Origin: Thalia democratica
Taxonomy: Eukaryota
Assembly: GCA_965202585.1 (NCBI GenBank)
Contig: OZ241827.1
Location: 10,788,001-10,852,000, forward strand
Direction: 5' to 3'
Length of the DNA: 64,000 nt
Shown here piece after piece: positions 63,261 through 64,000 of the stretch (position 1 is its first letter; each line of letters begins with the position of its first letter). The notes under the pieces were generated by a model. That model was given only the letters and a program-made list of their open reading frames with translations, did no database searches and was not told the DNA's origin. The translations under genes were made by a program, and so were the position numbers.

Positions 63261-63607
63261 TTCGTGGCAGATCGTTTTGAAGTAAACGACTCACAGGAAA
63301 CCTTCTCCGATTTACAAACTGACCTTGAACTTAAAGTAATTTTTTCCAAAGAACGAAATGAAAGGTTTTGGACTCAATAAAAACTAAGGCAAAAGTATCC
63401 AATCATTTGAGAGGAATTTAGATTGTTGTGTATAGTTTTTCCTTCTTTCTATGTTGTTGAGAAAGCTTTTAGTTTAGTTATCAACATCTTGAGCAAAATA
63501 TTTAATCTAGATATCTTTAAAGGTGGTGACTTGAGGCTTTATTTGACTGATTTAGAATCAGATTAGAAAAACTTGCAAGCATTCATGAACCTCATCATTC
63601 GCATTAT
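63261..63607 (+). pseudogene. hAT transposase C-terminal (dimerisation-region) remnant, Buster/ZBED8/SCAND3-like
   Basis: QETFSDLQTDLELKVIFSK..FWTQ*KLRQKYPII*EEFRLLCIVFPSFYVVEKAFSLV..IL....LDIFKGGDLRLYLTDLE./.KLASIHEPHHSH resembles the Buster-family FPSSYLVE.GFS...GDLRL.LT..EPDI..L...H..H.SH end; contains 2 internal stops and a frameshift. Confidence 0.85.
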
Positions 63608-64000
63608 ATTAGAATTCAGTAACAGACATTATTTTATTAAAGTTTTTATTTATTTATTTGATCTTTTAAAATACTTCTTGTTTAACCTGGTTTGTATTAT
63701 ATTTAAGTAGTCTTTTTATATTAAAAATTCTTTAAAGTTATTTATTCTATAACAGGTTTGCATAATGCCTAATAAATATTAATTACGGTAGACTTCCTCT
63801 TGATTTCGCACTTTTTACCCAAAAAAGTGCAAACTTATTCTTTCTTAAATTTAACTTAAATAAAGTCTATTACTAACTAAGTACTAATAAAACAAAAAAT
63901 ACACAATATTTAATAGCTTATCTTATCTTTTTTTTTATGAATATTTGTTTTATGTTTTAGTTGATTTCATGTTTATTCATAACGTTATTGCATATAACAT

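Larger units (their letters stand above)
62599..63607 (+). mobile_element. Internally deleted Buster-type hAT transposon (left end plus transposase remnant); right end not seen in the window
   Basis: TIR CAGGGTTTCCCAAAGTGGG preceded by GTCTAGTG (central TA); multiple GGGGGCGA subterminal repeats at 62610-62720; transposase remnant downstream. Confidence 0.8.

Overview
Very AT-rich (roughly 20-25% GC by eye), intron-containing eukaryotic DNA, most likely from an invertebrate metazoan; the taxon cannot be fixed from this window. No prokaryotic features, rRNA, tRNA or CRISPR array were seen. All gene models were spliced by hand from GT-AG boundaries and reading-frame phase. Left to right: (1) first exon of a secreted LRR protein (-); (2) about 18 kb of old degenerate duplications containing a hAT MITE; (3) an intronless 268-aa low-complexity ORF (+); (4) a thrombospondin type-1 (TSP1) repeat gene with a His-rich C-terminus (+); (5) a 2.8-kb block holding the convergent 3' ends of the TSP1 gene and a fibrinogen-domain (FReD) gene, present twice as a direct repeat around 7.4 kb that contains captured sphingolipid desaturase (DEGS) exons; (6) a complete 8-exon, 305-aa signal peptide-sushi-FReD gene (-); (7) an 11-kb mosaic tandem array; (8) a tandem two-domain ubiquitin-like gene (+); (9) a decayed Buster-type hAT transposon. 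The most striking observation concerns the duplicated FReD terminal exon, which encodes the ligand/Ca-binding part of the domain. The two copies differ by about 19% in codon-sized, mostly non-synonymous patches with no stop or frameshift, while the adjacent intron differs by about 4% and the co-duplicated TSP1 exons have acquired stops. This suggests two alternative last exons that swap recognition specificity.
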